Source: Podarcis tiliguerta (lineage: Eukaryota). From it: a stretch of 64,000 bases of DNA. A model generated the notes under the pieces. That model did not search any database and was not told where the DNA came from. It saw only the letters and a list, made by a program, of their open reading frames with translations. Below, one piece after another: positions 62,826 to 64,000 of this stretch (its first letter is position 1; each line of letters begins with the position of its first letter). Location of the stretch: the NCBI GenBank assembly GCA_965153285.1, contig OZ229114.1. One strand, 5' to 3'. Position numbers and translations under genes: made by a program.

Positions 62826-64000
62826 ATGGCTCCCAAGAAGAACGCGTTGAAGAGGTCTGGACCCGCTCCCTCAGCGAAGCGGCCCATAAAAGGCCCGTCG
62901 CAGGCGCTGCGTTCTCCTGAGCCAAGCCAATATTGCTCTACCCCGACGACGTCTTCTGCGGGCCTAGCCACCCATGTTGGTGCATCCCCCTTGGTGTCTT
63001 CATCTAGTGATGATGAGGGGGAGAATTTGTTGGCCGGGGGTACCCCCCTTAATGTTCAATTGCCCCAGCCCACAGTCTCACCTGCCTCCCAGACTGCCAC
63101 CCCACGGGTGCGGGGTAACCCCAAGGGTGTAACCAGGCGAAGGGCATCCGCCCGCATCTGGGCGGTGAGGGGGTCAGCGGTGCAGCCCTCAGCAGGGGTG
63201 AGGTCAGTTCCTGGTCCCTCACAAGCTGTTTCTCTTCAGTCAGTTTCAGGTACTGTTCAACAGGATGATGTCTCGGAGTCTTCGGTGGAGGATAGTCTTC
63301 CCCCACCGCCGAAGCCCTCGTCCGGCGGGCGCCGTCGCCGTAAAAAGAGTTCTAGGAGGCGTGCCAAGAAGAGACGGAGGGACACATCATCCTCTTCCGC
63401 AGGTACTTCCTCCCAAACTTCCAGTAGCGATGAGGAGTCATCGCTTAAGCTTTACTGGGGTTTTGCGGAGGCATCGGGGCTCCCAAGGTGGGCTTGGGAG
63501 AGGAGAGCAAACTCCCACAGGGCGAAGTATGGGGCGGTGCAGGAATGTCAGGACGGGGTGTTGGTGCCTGACGTCAAAGTTTCCACCAATTCGGCTAGGG
63601 ACCTGATTCCCGGTGCCCACTTGCCCACAAAATTGCGGTCCAGGATTTTGGACGGCCGTTATGTTGATATTTTCAGCCTGGCTCCCCAGTTGGATGGGCT
63701 GGATTCGCAGGACAGGATTTCGACCTCCGCTAGGAAGCGGACGGTCGTGGCAAAAATGGACAGGACTTTTGATCGCTGGCTGGATGGCTTCCAGGTTTTT
63801 GCTGGAGTCGTGGCAGCGGCTTATCCTAGAAGGACTTTAGACGCAGGGCGGCCAAGATCCCCACGGCCCGCTGGGACCGGAAAGACTTGGATGTGTGGAC
63901 CACCTATGTGGCTCCGCGTATTGACAAAAAAGCCGCTGATCCACTGAGGCCTAAGGCTGTGCCAGTAAAGGTGGGTCGCAAGCTAGTTTGCTGGGACTTT
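62826..64000 (+). pseudogene. Gag-like ORF1 of the Ngaro-like element, frameshifted near 63833
   Basis: Likely start ATG 62826 (MAPKK), in frame with track ORF 62781-63947. Ser/Pro-rich N-terminus and basic tract RRRRKKSSRRRAKKRRR. Conserved C-terminal motifs continue in the -1 frame from 63833 to the window end (56 open codons). Confidence 0.78.

Larger units (their letters stand above)
61370..64000 (+). mobile_element. Tyrosine-recombinase retrotransposon (DIRS superfamily, Ngaro-like), 5' part, runs off the window end
   Basis: Abrupt GC/CpG rise, TATA-like tatttaag (~61485), long leader and a gag-like ORF with HL...R.RILDGRYVDIFSL, RTFDRWLDGF.VFAGVV, FRRRAA.IP.ARWD..DLDVW and the start of a CWDF zinc knuckle. 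Left boundary approximate (61320-61375). Confidence 0.8.

Overview
Vertebrate nuclear DNA, AT-rich and CpG-poor. The repeat content (Bov-B/RTE LINEs, Squam-type tRNA SINEs, L2 and CR1 fragments, many hAT and Tigger-type MITEs) points to a squamate, probably a lacertid lizard (inference). I recognise no host protein-coding gene, rRNA, intact tRNA or CRISPR array. Nearly all ORFs in the supplied track are chance ORFs or TE fragments, so the window reads as large-intron or intergenic sequence. The last ~2.6 kb is the 5' part of a young, GC/CpG-rich tyrosine-recombinase (DIRS-superfamily, Ngaro-like) retrotransposon. Its gag ORF is broken by an apparent internal deletion. Its leader carries a three-unit tandem repeat with 8 YY1-consensus and 3 CTCF-like motifs, followed by a full CTCF site. 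Other points of interest: three 136-bp hAT MITEs whose arms vary symmetrically around a shared loop, an inverted Bov-B pair at one target site, several nested insertions, two candidate 15-nt exons on the + strand and a promoter-like island at ~36.1 kb. Family names come from recalled consensus features, not database searches, and boundaries of old elements are approximate.
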